Below, one piece after another: positions 37,710 through 51,575 of a stretch of 64,000 nt of DNA. The position numbers and the translations under genes are program-made. The notes under the pieces are model-generated. The model was given only the letters and a program-made list of their open reading frames with translations. It had not been told where the DNA came from and did no database searches. Position 1 is the first letter of the stretch. Each line of letters starts with the position of its first letter. Location of the stretch: contig JAKMXF010000155.1 of the NCBI GenBank assembly GCA_024704765.1, positions 518,380 through 582,379 on the forward strand. The letters are read 5' to 3'. The DNA comes from Oopsacas minuta (lineage: Eukaryota; Animalia; Porifera).

Positions 37710-40029
37710 CCCTAGAGGAATATAATTTGTTCTGTAAACATATATTTGTAGAGCTGTATTATTTGTAACAAAATTAGGAAACTTGTAACTATACCTATTA
37801 CGTCGTTTTTCCCTTGGGTTTAGTATTATCTTTCCCTCACTTTCAGAAACAAAACCATATAAGATAGAAATATTTGTGAAATCTATTCTTTTCTCTCCAT
37901 CAATTTACTATTTCGATATTGAAGTATTTCACACCTATGCCATTAAGACCCAGTACTTTCGATTCCTTATAAAGAGAAATATGTGCAATGAATACATTGG
38001 CATAAACTGAATGCACGGATAAAACTGATACCCTCTTTTCAACAACCTGCCTGTACTAAATATATATCCTATTAATCAACTTATAAATCTAAAGAATCAA
38101 ACCTTTCCTTAGAAATGTATAATATTTAGAATATAACCTTTCTGATCTATTAAATTGCAAATATAGGGAAATGATCTAAAATCTTATGTTTTGCATTTTT
38201 GGATATTGATAAAGTGGTTATGATAGTATAATTTGTGTAACATTGTCAACTCTACACAATCATATATTTTTTGGTATAGTAGAAGTTAATATACTCAAAA
38301 TATCATCCAAGGTTAATGCCTTATTGAATGACCCAGGTAGTAATTCAAATAGACCGTCGGTCTTTTGAATCTTTTTACAACAATTATAGATCCAAAAATA
38401 TGCAAGATGATCCCTTATATTTGTTAATCACAATATTCAATTTCTGCATATTATATCTAATCAATTACATGATCTGAGCAGAGATGTATTCTTATAATAT
38501 TTACTCTCCATTATTTGTTACATATTTCCCAAATTTTGCAGTTGTTTTATGTTGGAACAACATGTTCAATGCAACTTGTACTCAATGCAACCTCTACTGT
38601 GAATTATTGTTAGCTACAGTCCATTTGTCTTATGTATCTTTAAGCCTCTATTTACTAACTGACTTAATACTCAAACATTTGTATAAGAAGTGCTAGATCG
38701 CTGATGTATTATTGATCACTTCTATCATTTCTGCCACTGAGATTAGGCTTGTAGCGTACTCGGGGTGTTGTTTGGTGATTGCATAATAAAATATTTCTTT
38801 AAACAAAAAGATGGTTAATTTTTATGGATCCAGTTACATTCTGATCTATAACTACTATTTGATTCGCAAGAATTTTTGAGCTCTATTTGTTTGGCGGTAT
38901 ACAGATTTGTGATTATTTGATCTTTTACGAATTACTGAATATAATCCGTACTGGAGAATCTGGGTGCTGACAACTATAGTATTGTTTCAGTCCTGCTATA
39001 TCTTCTAAATAAGTATGAGAAACCTATTGTTAGATTTCATTTCAGATTTCACTTTCCTCAAACATACCTGAGATTTTGGATAAGATAAATTATCATAAGA
39101 AACCCTCCAATCTTCTCAGCATTGTTGAACTGTTTATTGTATACCTTACTAACAGAATTGTTGTTTGATGACTTCCAATTTTGTGCGTTCATTATACGAT
39201 AAATTACTACTGTGTATATCCACATCACTTTCATCCTGAGGAGAATTAGCACCCTTAGATGCAAACTTTACGCCAATGCTATTATCAACCATATTGATCT
39301 CATCTTCGATTCAAAACGTACATTATAGACATTCTCCAAACTTACGTATATCTCTAGCTCAGAAGAAGAACTTCTTACCTTCTGATTTTCTGTTAAAAAC
39401 CATCAGAGATTTGTCCAATACTATTCGAAGTAATTTTACGATTTTGATCAATATTCCAAATAGTTTCTCATTCGCCTAGTTCAAGATAAAACTCACCACA
39501 GCCAATAATCGAATAACTCAATTCTTTAACTTCAGACACTTCTGGAAATATTTCATCTTCAACTGCTTCAGTCATTTAGATATCAGGTATTTTGTTTGTA
39601 TAATATCTGTATGAACCTTTGCTACAGAATTTCATTGCTTGCTCAGAGCTCTTGAAATACATGCTCTATACACTCACTGCCATCTTTATTAACCTTGACA
39701 TAGTTGCTAACACAGGACCCAGGGGAAATAAGTCTCCCTAGAAACCTTTGACGGTGCCCGGAGATTTGCGATGACAACTTCCCCCATTCTTGATATTCAC
39801 TCTAATTGTAGTGAATATCAAGAATTGAGGGAAGTTATTATCAAAGATTTAGATTCAACATACTTGATTACTCCAATATACAAGGGGTACTCAATAACCT
39901 TTGAGCCTAAATATCAAAAAGCATCAATCTATATAGATATTTTTACTATAATTTTTCGAAGTAGCATCCCTCTGCGCGAATACATTTGTTCATTCGTTTA
40001 CACCAAGCTTGAATGGCTTCTTTAAATTC

Positions 40030-40860
40030 ATTTTCGTTGGTGTCTTCGATCACTTCTCTGAGCACCCCCTCAAGCTCAGAATTCGATGAAAATTTCTGCA
40101 TTTAAGGTATTATTTATTCTAGGAATGAGCCAGAAGTCGCAGGGTGCTAGATCTGGAGAATATGGGGTGTGTGGCAAAATATGTAGTCCTGATTCTTCAA
40201 TGAATTGCCTTCTCATTTTGATGTAGGAGAACTAGCTTATCGTAATGCAACAATGTTCCCCTTAATCTTGTACCAGGACGCTGTAAATTTATTGCTTTTA
40301 TGGCTAGAGGCAAACAATTCTCTGTAAACTAGGTTGAATTAATTGTCTTATCAGGTTCAAGAGGTACAATAGTTTACCACCGTTGTATGGAAAAAAATTG
40401 TATACATTTGTTTCTTGGTGTGCTGAGTTCTGAGAACATATTTGGGGGACCTTCTCAAATTTCACACCATTGACAGCTCTGCTGCTTTGTTTCTGGATCA
40501 TAGTGATAGACCATTTTCATCACCAGTTATTATCTTGGAAAGATCTCTACTGTTGCCATTGTTGTATTTGTAAGCATTTCCTTGCACCATTTGACTCGAT
40601 TCTGCTTCTGCTCAGGATGAAGCTGATATGGGATCCAGCTGGCACAAAGTTCACGTAGCTGAAAGGATTGGTGTAAAACGGTGTGCACTCCCCCGGATAA
40701 AATGTCAATTTTGTGCTGAATCCTCTTATTGTAACATTTGGGTGTGCTATCACAATTTCCTCAATTGATTCAACAAATCCCTCTGTAACAGCGTACGGTG
40801 GTGGTCCAGGAGGGGTTGGTATGCAAGATGAAGTTACAAGATTTTCAACGAAGTATATTT
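40030..40860 (-). mobile_element. Decayed mariner element
   Basis: Broken frames read AVTEGFVESIEEIV, SWIPYQLHPEQKQNRVKWCKEML, IITGDE, YHYDPETKQQSCQW and LHILPHTPYSPDLAPCDFWLIP. Ends approximate. Confidence 0.8.
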
Positions 40861-43800
40861 ATCCCATGTTTATCCCATGTTTATTCGAAACAAGTAATGT
40901 TTTAATTCTATAAGACCTCGCAACATAGTCAGGCTCAAAACTTATTCAGTGCCTCTCATACACGCTCAGATTTACTTGATATTCATTAATTAACAAGTGA
41001 ATTTAACTATGATTAACTCTAAGGTGTATTTGGCATATTCGATATGCTAGTCAAGTTTATTGAGTTATCTTTCTTTGTAAACACGAAAAAATATAGTTAT
41101 GCATGTCTCAGTACTGTGATATTCGAATTCAAATTAACATTCATTGAGTCCTTTCCTTACAACGAACACTCAGACAAAGAGATAGACTGGAATAATGATG
41201 AAAATATTGATTACTCAACTGATTTGAGAGCTACTAGAATGTGTCTTTCGTACCTCTGAAAAGTTTTGTATAGGCGAGTACAATACGTGCTTATATTTGG
41301 ACACCTATATTTGTTTCCTAAGTCTCCTTGGTGTAAGTTTCCTTTAGCAGCGAGGTGACTCATGGACCCCGGCCCCATATCTCTTTCACCACTAAGCGTA
41401 AGACTCTGCACCTTTAGCTAGCTGTAGGTATACTCCTTCCGATTAATATTTGGGAGTTAATGCGAACCGTTTGCCCTCCTTAAATTGGCAACTGGAGTTA
41501 CTGAAGCATCTCTTATCACCCAAGAAAATTAGCAATCTGATGATGATGCATTAAATGTAATAAGTTATCAATTATCAAGCAGCTTCACTGGCTCGCGGTA
41601 CGCTGCTTGCTAACACTCTATGTGCTTATGTGACTTTATATTTCTTAAGAACCTCAGCTATTATTTACACACAAGTTGGGACCAATTTTCGATTATTTCA
41701 CGATAGCAATTATTTAATTTATATTTATACTTTGTGTTCTTAAAAGCAACATTAAATTTGCGTATGATTTTTTCAAATGTATCAAAATTGGATTCAGCAT
41801 ATTCCATTAATTTTGTCATACTTTCTTGATAAACAAGATAATACATGGTTATGTGAAATCTCTGAATTGTTAAATTCGCATTTAATACAACATTTCAATA
41901 TAGTATTCAATAAATCATTTCCTTAACAACGAACAAACAGACAAACAGACAAAACAACAATTGAATACTACAGATAAATTTATGTATTTCTAATTCTTAA
42001 TTGTTTTCCTCATGATGAATATACCTAGACTGACAACAAAATACTAACCCGGAATAATGTGATCCTACTGAATTACCAATTACTGAAGATTATAGATAAA
42101 TCAACTTCAATAAAACGAGATTTGGATAGGATTTCAACTATTCACAGCATCATGCAAGAGCAAACCATTCAGCAGAAATTATTATGCGAAATGCAGACCT
42201 AGTATGAGTGTTTACGTAATTGCAAATACTTTCCTTACGTAACCTCTTTTATATGTCTTCATCAAGTTAGTCGAGCAATTGTCATTATATGGCAGCTTAT
42301 AATTTATTCAAACGATGCAGTTTGGGGCGACGCAAATTTTCTTTCTCCTCACTATCCTCAACGTGTATTTGATTCTTTTCGAAAGCTTACAAATGCAGGG
42401 TATTTTTAACCTTTTTGTTACCCCTGCTTGCTTTTATTCAGCCAACGGAATCCTAGTCATTGTGAGCTCAGATAATGGAAATATGACATACAACCGCATA
42501 TCCTCAATGGCGAAAAGGACATATGAATAATAGTCACTTATCTGAATGCAAATGTCTAAGACAAATTTCTGAGCGTGTTATCAATTACAACTCAAAAAAT
42601 GAGTTTAGAGTTAGTTAATAAACATAACTTTGATTAATTTAGGTCATATAAACGTTACGTTAAACGGTGTCTGTTGTCTGTCTTTCCAAGATCTTTTGAT
42701 ATACCCAGTATATTAGAACGGTTTTCCAGTTCATGAATATTATATCAGTGATATTCGTATCACGTAAATTAGACTGAGTATATGCCAAAGGTTTCCAGAT
42801 GATTTTTCTTATATCTGTGATATCTTATAAGTGATACGCAATGTACTTTAACGTGTCTTGTCTATGCCTAACATTCCATTAACTCTCTTTATTCCGTAAT
42901 AATGGGCCATCAAGAGCCATCAAACAGATATTTTTTCTGATTACCAATTTGCGAAGATTGATTCAACATATATAGTCAAATGATATTTTACTGAAATTCA
43001 ATAGAGTAAACCCTCGTTTACCAAAAATGATTGTGTGGTGAGGCTGCTATGAGTGGAAATGGAGGAGCCCAGCGCGGGATTCCTTTCTGTAACTTCTTTA
43101 TATTCTTGTAATTTTTTTCATTTTGTTTCATGAATGTACTAATTGAAACGAACTCCAAATTTTGGTACTGGTAATATGTTGAAATTGGAATGTAAACAGT
43201 GTGTGTCCAACAGTGCGTTAACCGCGTATTTTAGCTCACTTTTCCTACTATATAACGCGCTTAGAATATCTAGCTTCGTTAAAATGAGACTCTATTCCAT
43301 GGGCTTAATGTGTTGATATGCAATAAAGGTCTCACTCTTTTCAAAATTTGAGCTTTACCAAGATCCTGCCGGAAACACTGAATATATATTCCTAAATTTC
43401 TTAACTCCTCTGTGTAGTAATGAAATTTCAAAATATTCGCTTAAACTTGCACTGAATTTTCCATTTCGTATTTTGTACTAGCGCTCTTCGCTTGCTATGT
43501 CACAGCGCAACAGCTTTGTTCCACTAGTTAGATTACGTATTAAGCAGATAAATTATTTAGTGCTTTTGGTCGCTCCGCGGCGTGATAAACTGTGCACCTC
43601 GTGCTTCGTGTTTTTAATTGTGTGAAATTTTAAGGGTTTTTTATACATGGTCCATCCAATTTATATTCAATGGCCATCTGTGGTGACACTGGTGATGGTA
43701 TATCGCTTTTGGTTAGTAATCTCGGCACGTTAAGCATCAGGTATTGAGAAATTCTTAAATTTGTGATGTTGTTATACAGTCATGATGGCGTAATAATCCC

Positions 43801-44249
43801 ATGATTAGTTTGCCTTTGGTCAGAATCATGACGTCAGAACGTTTGGCATCTTGAGGGGTAGTTTTGTGCTTCAAATTTCCAATATCTATCATTTATATTC
43901 TGTGAGCATTGGTTAATTATGTAATTTTTGTTTTATCCAAAAGTGTCATAATTTCGTCTATGGTGTGAATTTTCTTCCAAGGCATGCATCCATACATACA
44001 ATTTAGATACTGTCGAAAACGTTATTGGTTCTAAACAGATCATAAATTTTAAGTTCTGCTAAAAGTCATATTTCATTGTTAGCAAAATCCGTCACTAATT
44101 CTAATAATTACCATTTTCCATGTCAAACATATCATTTAATGAAAATACGAGAATTGCCAATAACAGAATGTAAATTGCAATAATCTGTCTGAAAAGTCAT
44201 ATTTCTTTGTTTCCAAGAGTCCTTTGTAGTAGAAACACGTTGGTAAAGA

Positions 44250-44578
44250 GTATCTGTTGCTAGTAAGAATCCGTTAATAAACTGGACATCCCTATTACAA
44301 ACGGTGCTTAAGATCAACATCCTGCACCAGATACCAACTATTTCCATAGTAAGTCTCAGCCTTTGACACTAGAGGCTATTCAAGGATTTTCAAAGAATAG
44401 CATTCAAATTCTGGCGAAATATGCACAATGGGAAGATAGCGAAATAAATGCAGCCCTTATCTGTAAATTCGGTGAGTGTTTGCTAGTTTTTTATCATCAT
44501 AATTTTACAGATTTTGTCCACATTCGAACTTTGCCACGATTAATGCATGAAGAGACTTCATCTGCAAACAGAGCTCTA
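44250..44578 (-). mobile_element. Tc1-like transposase fragment, related to the 27877-28929 element
   Basis: ALFADEVS...RGKVRMWTK...KHSPNLQIRAAF...QNLNA...KILE*PLVSKAETYYGNSWYLVQDVDLKH. It stops abruptly next to a cactacag... sequence at 44579 that may be another element end. Confidence 0.65.
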
Positions 44579-46325
44579 CACTACAGTTAAAATTTGTTTT
44601 TCTGTCCCTATTAATTCCTGATGTGGATTATGGACAGGATTTCTAAGCATGTGGTGTTTGGTGGCGCAGAATTTGAGCACTTGGTGCGCTGGGGGGGGTC
44701 GAAGCTAAAACCATACCTTTGCTTTGAATTGTACTTAAGTGGTGTGGTTTTATGAAATTACTTTTATAAATGAATATATCTACTAAATAGGCACATATCA
44801 CTCAAAATAATTGCTTTTGTTGATATCGAATGCATTTCCAGTTTACGAAAACACTTTCCAAATTTGAGATTTCATTGATATTTTAAATACAATGGTCTAG
44901 AGATCCTGGGTTATCCTCAAATTATACACATACTAATTTAGGTATAATTATATTTAATATTTCCTGGGATATGACGATTTTGAAACGGTTCAAAAATGTC
45001 AATGAAATTAATGGGTAAAAATCTTCCTGATTGTTTGTCTTCAATTCCGCACCATGTGCGTGGTGCAGATGTCCTATCAGGTTATACAATTGCACCACCT
45101 GCCCCAAGCCTTACGCCGTCCCTGGTTCTGAGATGAAATTATATATTTAGGAATGGAAGTAGTTTTTCTATTATATTCCTTTTTCAAATCTCCTAGAGTC
45201 ATCGATGTTATTTGCTTAGGGTCTCCAGATTCCCTTCCAGCAACAAAACTATTTCCTTAAGGGTGTTCTCAAAATTCCATAGTTATGACATGCACAGGTG
45301 TAAATTCTTTACGAAAATTGAAAAAATTATTAACGCAAAAGAGCGTAAGAATTATGTAATACAATGTTTATTGACTAAGAAATTTCTATTTGCTGACCTC
45401 TTTGACATCTGGAAATTCAAATTTTCAATTTTGACCTATTTTATCCCAACTAATTTGACTACAAATCTCGAAAAGTTAATTAGGCTCAATATCTGGCTGA
45501 TGAATACATATATATTACCGCTTTTCTATATTTGTAACAATTTCTCAAAACATCACGAACATCTAGCAACCATTCCTGAGATATGTCACTTACATGTGAA
45601 TATCTTACGTTTGTTCAACATATCCCTCCCGATTTTCCATTTTTCATAGATGACCGAAACGGTTACTCTATATAATTTTCTCGGTATTATTCATGTGCAT
45701 TATTGTCGGAAAGTGTGCTATTTATGGTTATATTTGTACCCATTACCAACATTTGAAACAGGGCCGGATTAACCAAATACTGCCTAAGTGTGACGTTCAT
45801 AACTAAAAGGAACTCTAAAATTCCACTACTTCCTGTTATCCTATTCCAGAACCCAAATCAAGATATTAGCACCTTTTTGACTTCACAAAATAACACATTT
45901 CCCCTGCAGGATTCAGTAAAGGGAAGTGAGTGCCCTTAGCCCGGTATATTGATTAGCACCTATCACATTTGTATACAATGACATCATATCATGACAAATC
46001 CATAGTAACAATTGGTGGCTACTAATTTCTTATTTGAAACTGTATTTAGGTCCAACCATTATTAACAAGTTCACGTAGCCCAATAAGAGCTCCAGATGCA
46101 TAAGTCCCGAAACGGTTGTTATCCAAATGTTGAGAGCCAGTAGCTAAGCATAAATCTGTGAGTTTTTCCTGGTGATCAGCTTATCTAAATGGTTTAGAAG
46201 GTTCATCGTTATGAATCCAGTGTTTTCATTTATTTAGTTCAGCTAGAAACGGATATCTTTGCTTCTCAACAATCTATTGGGTTCAAGTATTTGCTATTTG
46301 AAGATTTTACCCCATTGTGCTTCAT

Positions 46326-47659
46326 TATCGGAGCGTTCAATTAGTCTTGCTGGTCATCTTATATCTCAAGAATTACTCAAATAATATGTCTAATTTTCAT
46401 ATATTATAAATCCATATAGTTTCAACTCCATATACTGAAAGTTTCAAGCTTACACAATACACACCATGATTTTTTTGAGATAATTAGGCGTATTTAATTC
46501 ATACCTATTGTCCAATTTATGGCTTCAAAGGATGATAATTTCAACCTCTAATGGCGAGCTTGCTAAGAGTTTCGCACAAACTTCAAGATCCAGCCCATAC
46601 AAATCTTCAGCGAGTTACAGGAGATATTGTGAGTGGATGGCCCCTTCAGATCTATTGTAGAGCGATGAGCTGCCCGTTTTAGATCTGGTGATGCTGATGT
46701 CGCAGATTTACCTCGATGTAGAAGGCCGGTATCCGCCACCACTTCAGAGAATATCGCACTCATTCAAAGTATGGTCATGGAAGACAAGTGCATTACTGTC
46801 AATCAGTTAGAACAAAGTATGGAGATTTCATCGGGAGCTATTCATACAATTCTAACGACTGAGCTTGGTTACCGATCGATTTGTGGGGAATGGGTCCCGA
46901 ATAAGCTCAGTGAGATCAAAGGTTTGCACAACTGAATATTGCCAAGAAACTCTTGGAAACTCATGAGAACTGCGATTCTAGACGCCTAACAGAGATTATT
47001 ACTGGTGACGAGACGTAGTGTACTATTCAACACCATATAGCAGGTATAAGAAGCGATTATGGGTGAGGGGCGACGGACAACCGGCGAAAATTCCTAGGCC
47101 CGACATCAGAAAACCTAAGATTATGTATACCATCTTCTTCAGTAGCCATGGAATTGTCTTGCAATTACCTTGTGAGAGTGGCAAGGCTGTAATTGCTGCT
47201 TTCTTTACCGAGCAAGTGCTTCCAAATTTGATAAAAGATATAGAAAAGTACCGCCCGAAAACCAGAACTAGAGAAATTAAGGTTTTAATTGATAACGTCA
47301 GTTCCCATACAACACAGCTAACTCAAAATTTCTTAGATGTAGAAGGGCCTGATTACTTCCCCATTCACCATACTCACTAGACCTAGCTCCTTGTGATTTT
47401 TGCTAATCCCCAAGCTAAAAATCTACCTTCAAGGCAACGATTTTAACACATTACAAGCACTCAGAACAGGCCCCTACCAGTACTTAAAATCCATCCCCGA
47501 GGAAGAGTACCGAAATGTGCTTTACAAGTGGGTGGAAAGGTTAAAACTTTGTTTATCTGTAGGTAGGGATTACTTTGAATAAATACTGTAGTGAATTAGT
47601 GTGTGTATTATTTGTACCCTGTTCTATGATATCACCTGCAAGACTTGAACGCCCTTTTA
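46326..47659 (+). mobile_element. Decayed full-length mariner element
   Basis: ELGYRSICGEWVPNKLSE, IITGDET, KIMYTIFFSSHG, IDNVSSHT and DLAPCDF. Degenerate TIR match gcgttcaa..gtcttgc(t/a)ggt at both ends. Confidence 0.75.
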
Positions 47660-48509
47660 AGTACTCTATGTGTACTTAATGTCTCCTTCACTAAATGCTT
47701 TGAACACACATAAGCAGTCTAAAGATCATCAACATCTTCCCGGCGGAGAGCCCGAAGCAATGAGTCTCTGACGTCACTTGGTTCGTGTGCTATTGTAATA
47801 ACCGGAAATTCTTCATTATTCACATAAGTAGAGTCATCTATATTCCAGATAATTGAATCAAAATAGGAATGCTCATATAGTAATTTAGTAACTAGGTAAT
47901 ACTATACTATTGAAAAATGGATATTTGATTTCAGAATAACTAGACGTGCTAGAGAAATTCTGATTGCAGATTCGAGTTCAGCATTCAAAAGTATGCTAAG
48001 ATAAATGTATGTGATCTCTGATGAGAAATCTTGTTCAGTTGTGTTATAGTTCGAAAATGTAATTTATAATTATTTGATTGCATTCGTTTACTGGCTTTCA
48101 TAATTTGGCAATTTTCCAATTTACCAAGTTACATAATATATTGTGATGTGTAAATATTTGGACTTCAGGCTTGATGTACTGAATTTTCATGACCCTTCAA
48201 TTCAATTTTGTATATACACATCCTAAAAGTTGGACTAAATATTTTGATTTTCTTTTGTTCGCATATTCACTGTACTCTACTCTAATTCCTTCACATTTGG
48301 TAACAATCAGGGTACAGTCTTTGAAATGTACCCCAAATTATCCAGGAGCAAATCACTTTCTCTCCTATGTATGATGCACTCTATCTTCAAGATTAAATTC
48401 TTCCTAAATAATTCATTCTCAAAACCGTACCTGAGGGACAAATCATTTTGTATTCATCAAACTATTCCCTCACATTGATATTATTATATTTTCACATATT
48501 TCCCTTTAG

Positions 48510-48746
48510 GTGATAGCAGGCTTTGTAAAGCACAGTGAATATGCTATTTTTGTAAAATCACTCAAAAACCGTATTGATAAAGCAAAGCGAAGTAAATATC
48601 TACCACTCTCGCCAAATAAGCGTGAAGATAGTTCTGAATTGACAGATAATTCCATTCCAGTTGATATTTTGGGACCGATGAGCGGTTGCAGTGATACAAG
48701 AAATTACACACAACAAAATTATGAATTTTCCAGCCAGAATTTTCAG
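48510..48746 (+). CDS. WNK: WNK kinase exon D (end of autoinhibitory domain, coiled-coil start, low-complexity linker)
   Basis: Acceptor ttccctttag|, donor |gtaatt, phase 0/0, 79 codons starting VIAGFVKHSEYAIFVKSLKNRIDKAKRSK, aligning to WNK VESG.V.E.D....AK.I.DRV..IKRKR. Confidence 0.88.
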
Positions 48747-51575
48747 GTAATTTTATATTTCTATTAATTTTGTTTTTCTATTATTTCTGAGTATTTTCAT
48801 TTAAGAAAACTATTTGCGCCCATAATATCTGTCGTTTTTGTTATTGAAAACCTGGTGGGACATCATTATTTTGATATTTTAATCAATATTTGATAGGTTA
48901 TCTTAACCAGGGGTGCAACTAATGCCTTTTATGGTAAGCAGGTGCCCATCCAGAATTGATCTTAATGTATTACGAGGCGTGCTAGTTGAGTTTTGTGGTT
49001 CGATAAGTTTTAAGTATGCTATTTGTTCATAAGTTATGCCTAATCAATTTAACGTAAAACCAAAAATGATTCATTGTGGGAACTTTGTAGTCCATGACAC
49101 TTAGCAGTATTTACGTATTAATTGATAAAGTTATTCAACTAGGTTATTCTTTACGTCTTTTGGGACAGTCATAAGTCACTGAAACTATAGAAAATATGCC
49201 AGAATTGTTAGGTAGTACCTCATACATTTTTGAATATTCATCATGTTCACTGCTGCTCAGGATACAGGTCCATTTTCACATTGTTAGTATCATACATTTA
49301 AGCTCAGCTATTAAATGCAACTGTTTTATCCCTTCATAGGGAGACTTTGTGGGATAACCTATTCTACCATTTGCACATCGTGTATAATTTATTGATTTTG
49401 GCTAATTTTATATAACTAGAAATATATTTCTTACTTTCGAACAAACCTGAGATGCCTCTAAGGTACCCCGTATATGTCATGCGCTTTCGCTAAATAACAG
49501 TCGGTCATATGGAGGATGTTAGAATGCAGACATTATACTCAATCTAGTATTTATCAGCAATAAGAAGAATCTTTGTGATTTTTACAGCTTGTTTCTATAA
49601 CTTTTGCCTGAGAGAAAATTTAATACTGAATACATAGGGGGACTCCTGCTGATTGAATGTTGTTCAACTAAATGAATTTGTAGGGAGATAAATAGTTAAT
49701 TAATGATAAATTCTACCAGGATTAGAAAGCCGATACTTTTATTCCATATATCTGGTCTCAATGACTTGATCTACGTATTTATCTTGTATCATGTATTTGC
49801 AAGAAATATGTGAAATATTGTAAAGGAATTGGAAATAATTTGACTCAACTTGAGGGACTGATATGAATATAAATTGACTCAATTTATCTAGCGGCGTTGA
49901 CCAAGGCGTCAATCTATATTATTTGGATAAGTTATACTAATGAAATGTTAATAGTCTATACCCTAAACTTTCTTCTTTTGCTATGGGAAAAATATTTCTA
50001 AATATGGTGATGTGATATTTATGAAGATGGTCACATTACCTAAACTACATACAACTTTACACTGATTTCGAAGATGCCTATATTCACGTGATCGGACTTC
50101 AATCATAAAAGTTATTTCAATTTTTGCAAACAAATTCTAGTGCTATCTGATAACTCTACAGAATTCTCATATGATCATTTCCACAACTTGAAACAAATGA
50201 TAGGACCCACCTTTTGAAAGCTGTATTTCCAACATCAAACTCTAATTCAAAAACCCTTGACCTGAGTGAAATACATTTCTGCGATACTTGTATTTGCCTA
50301 GTATGCCAATATGGTGTAGTGTACTAAATTTTAATTACCAATCAAATGTATTTTTCTGATTCTCTATTGTTTATTTAGCAGGAAAATAAGAATAGTAGAT
50401 TTTATTCCCCAAAAGATATAGGATAACATCAATCTAAGCAAAACATGATATTACAACATTTCAATATTTAACTGCAATTGAAAATGCCTACATACCATAG
50501 AACGATTTTATCTCAAATATTTCTTCTTTCAACTTACATTTTTGATCAATTTGACTCTTTTCTATTACAACAGTGTATAAATAGTTTTAAATTATTGTGG
50601 TGTACAGAATTCTTTGGACTGTGTGGTATAAACTGACTAGAGTAAAAAAAATGACTTCATCGATTCGTATGATTTATATTTTTGAGAATTGTACATTTAT
50701 TTTACTAGCGTATTATATATTTATGGTATTCACTCAACTTAAATGGATTCTCAATACGCCATACTTTGTGTATTTCGTCAATTAATTAATCTGATATATA
50801 GTCTTTTATGAAATATTTTCGACTACACTTAAACTCGATCTAAAAATGAACTATGACTGAATTCACCTTTTATTGATAGTAAAACAATTCGTATGTATGT
50901 TAAATTGCTGGATGTACGGCATTTTGGTCTACTGTGATAATAATTGTAGCTAGACAGCACGTGAACCAAAATTTAAACTCATCATCTTGTGAAAGTTGCC
51001 ATAAATGCACTGGGCAATTTGTCATGGTGTTCCAAAACTTAATGATTTTGCTGTTTTGTTAGGGTTTTTTCACCAGATTATATCCTTATCTGATAGTTTT
51101 GCTATATAGTCTCAGAGGGCCCAATTTATCGTTGAATAAAATTCCACAAATAACGAAGTGGCAATAGTCAAATATTTACAACAAAGCGTCTAATACAAAT
51201 GAAAACGTATTCTAAGTCAGAGCATGGGCAGCAATCAGGGACGGACTGGCTCAAATATTCGGCCCGGGAAAATATTATTAAACCGGCCCACTTTACTAAA
51301 AACAGATTTATTTTTTGTACAAAATTCTATATGATGTTTTTAAACCTAAAACTGTAAAAGCTTTGACAATTCCTGACTTTTATTCGCAAAATGATTGAGT
51401 ATTTTCTCGGGGTCTACTTGGACTAAAATGTCCTTTTCTACTCACATCATCATGAATTCCTCCAGATGTTCTTGTGTTAGAAGATTGCGATATTTTGTTT
51501 TGATGTGCTTCAATTTAGAGAACGATCGTTCACATGCAACTTGTGTAACTGATATTGTCAATAGAAACTTGTAAG

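Noticed and set aside
44579-45125. Chapaev3-like or hAT-like MITE ends (cactacag..., ...gccgtccctg)
   Set aside because: Probably transposon-derived, but ends could not be paired and no TSD was identified.
45212-45649. 145-aa ORF, and similarly the 125-aa ORF at 59871-60248
   Set aside because: F/I/L/K/N/Y-rich composition expected from AT-rich non-coding DNA, with no motifs and no supporting splice sites.
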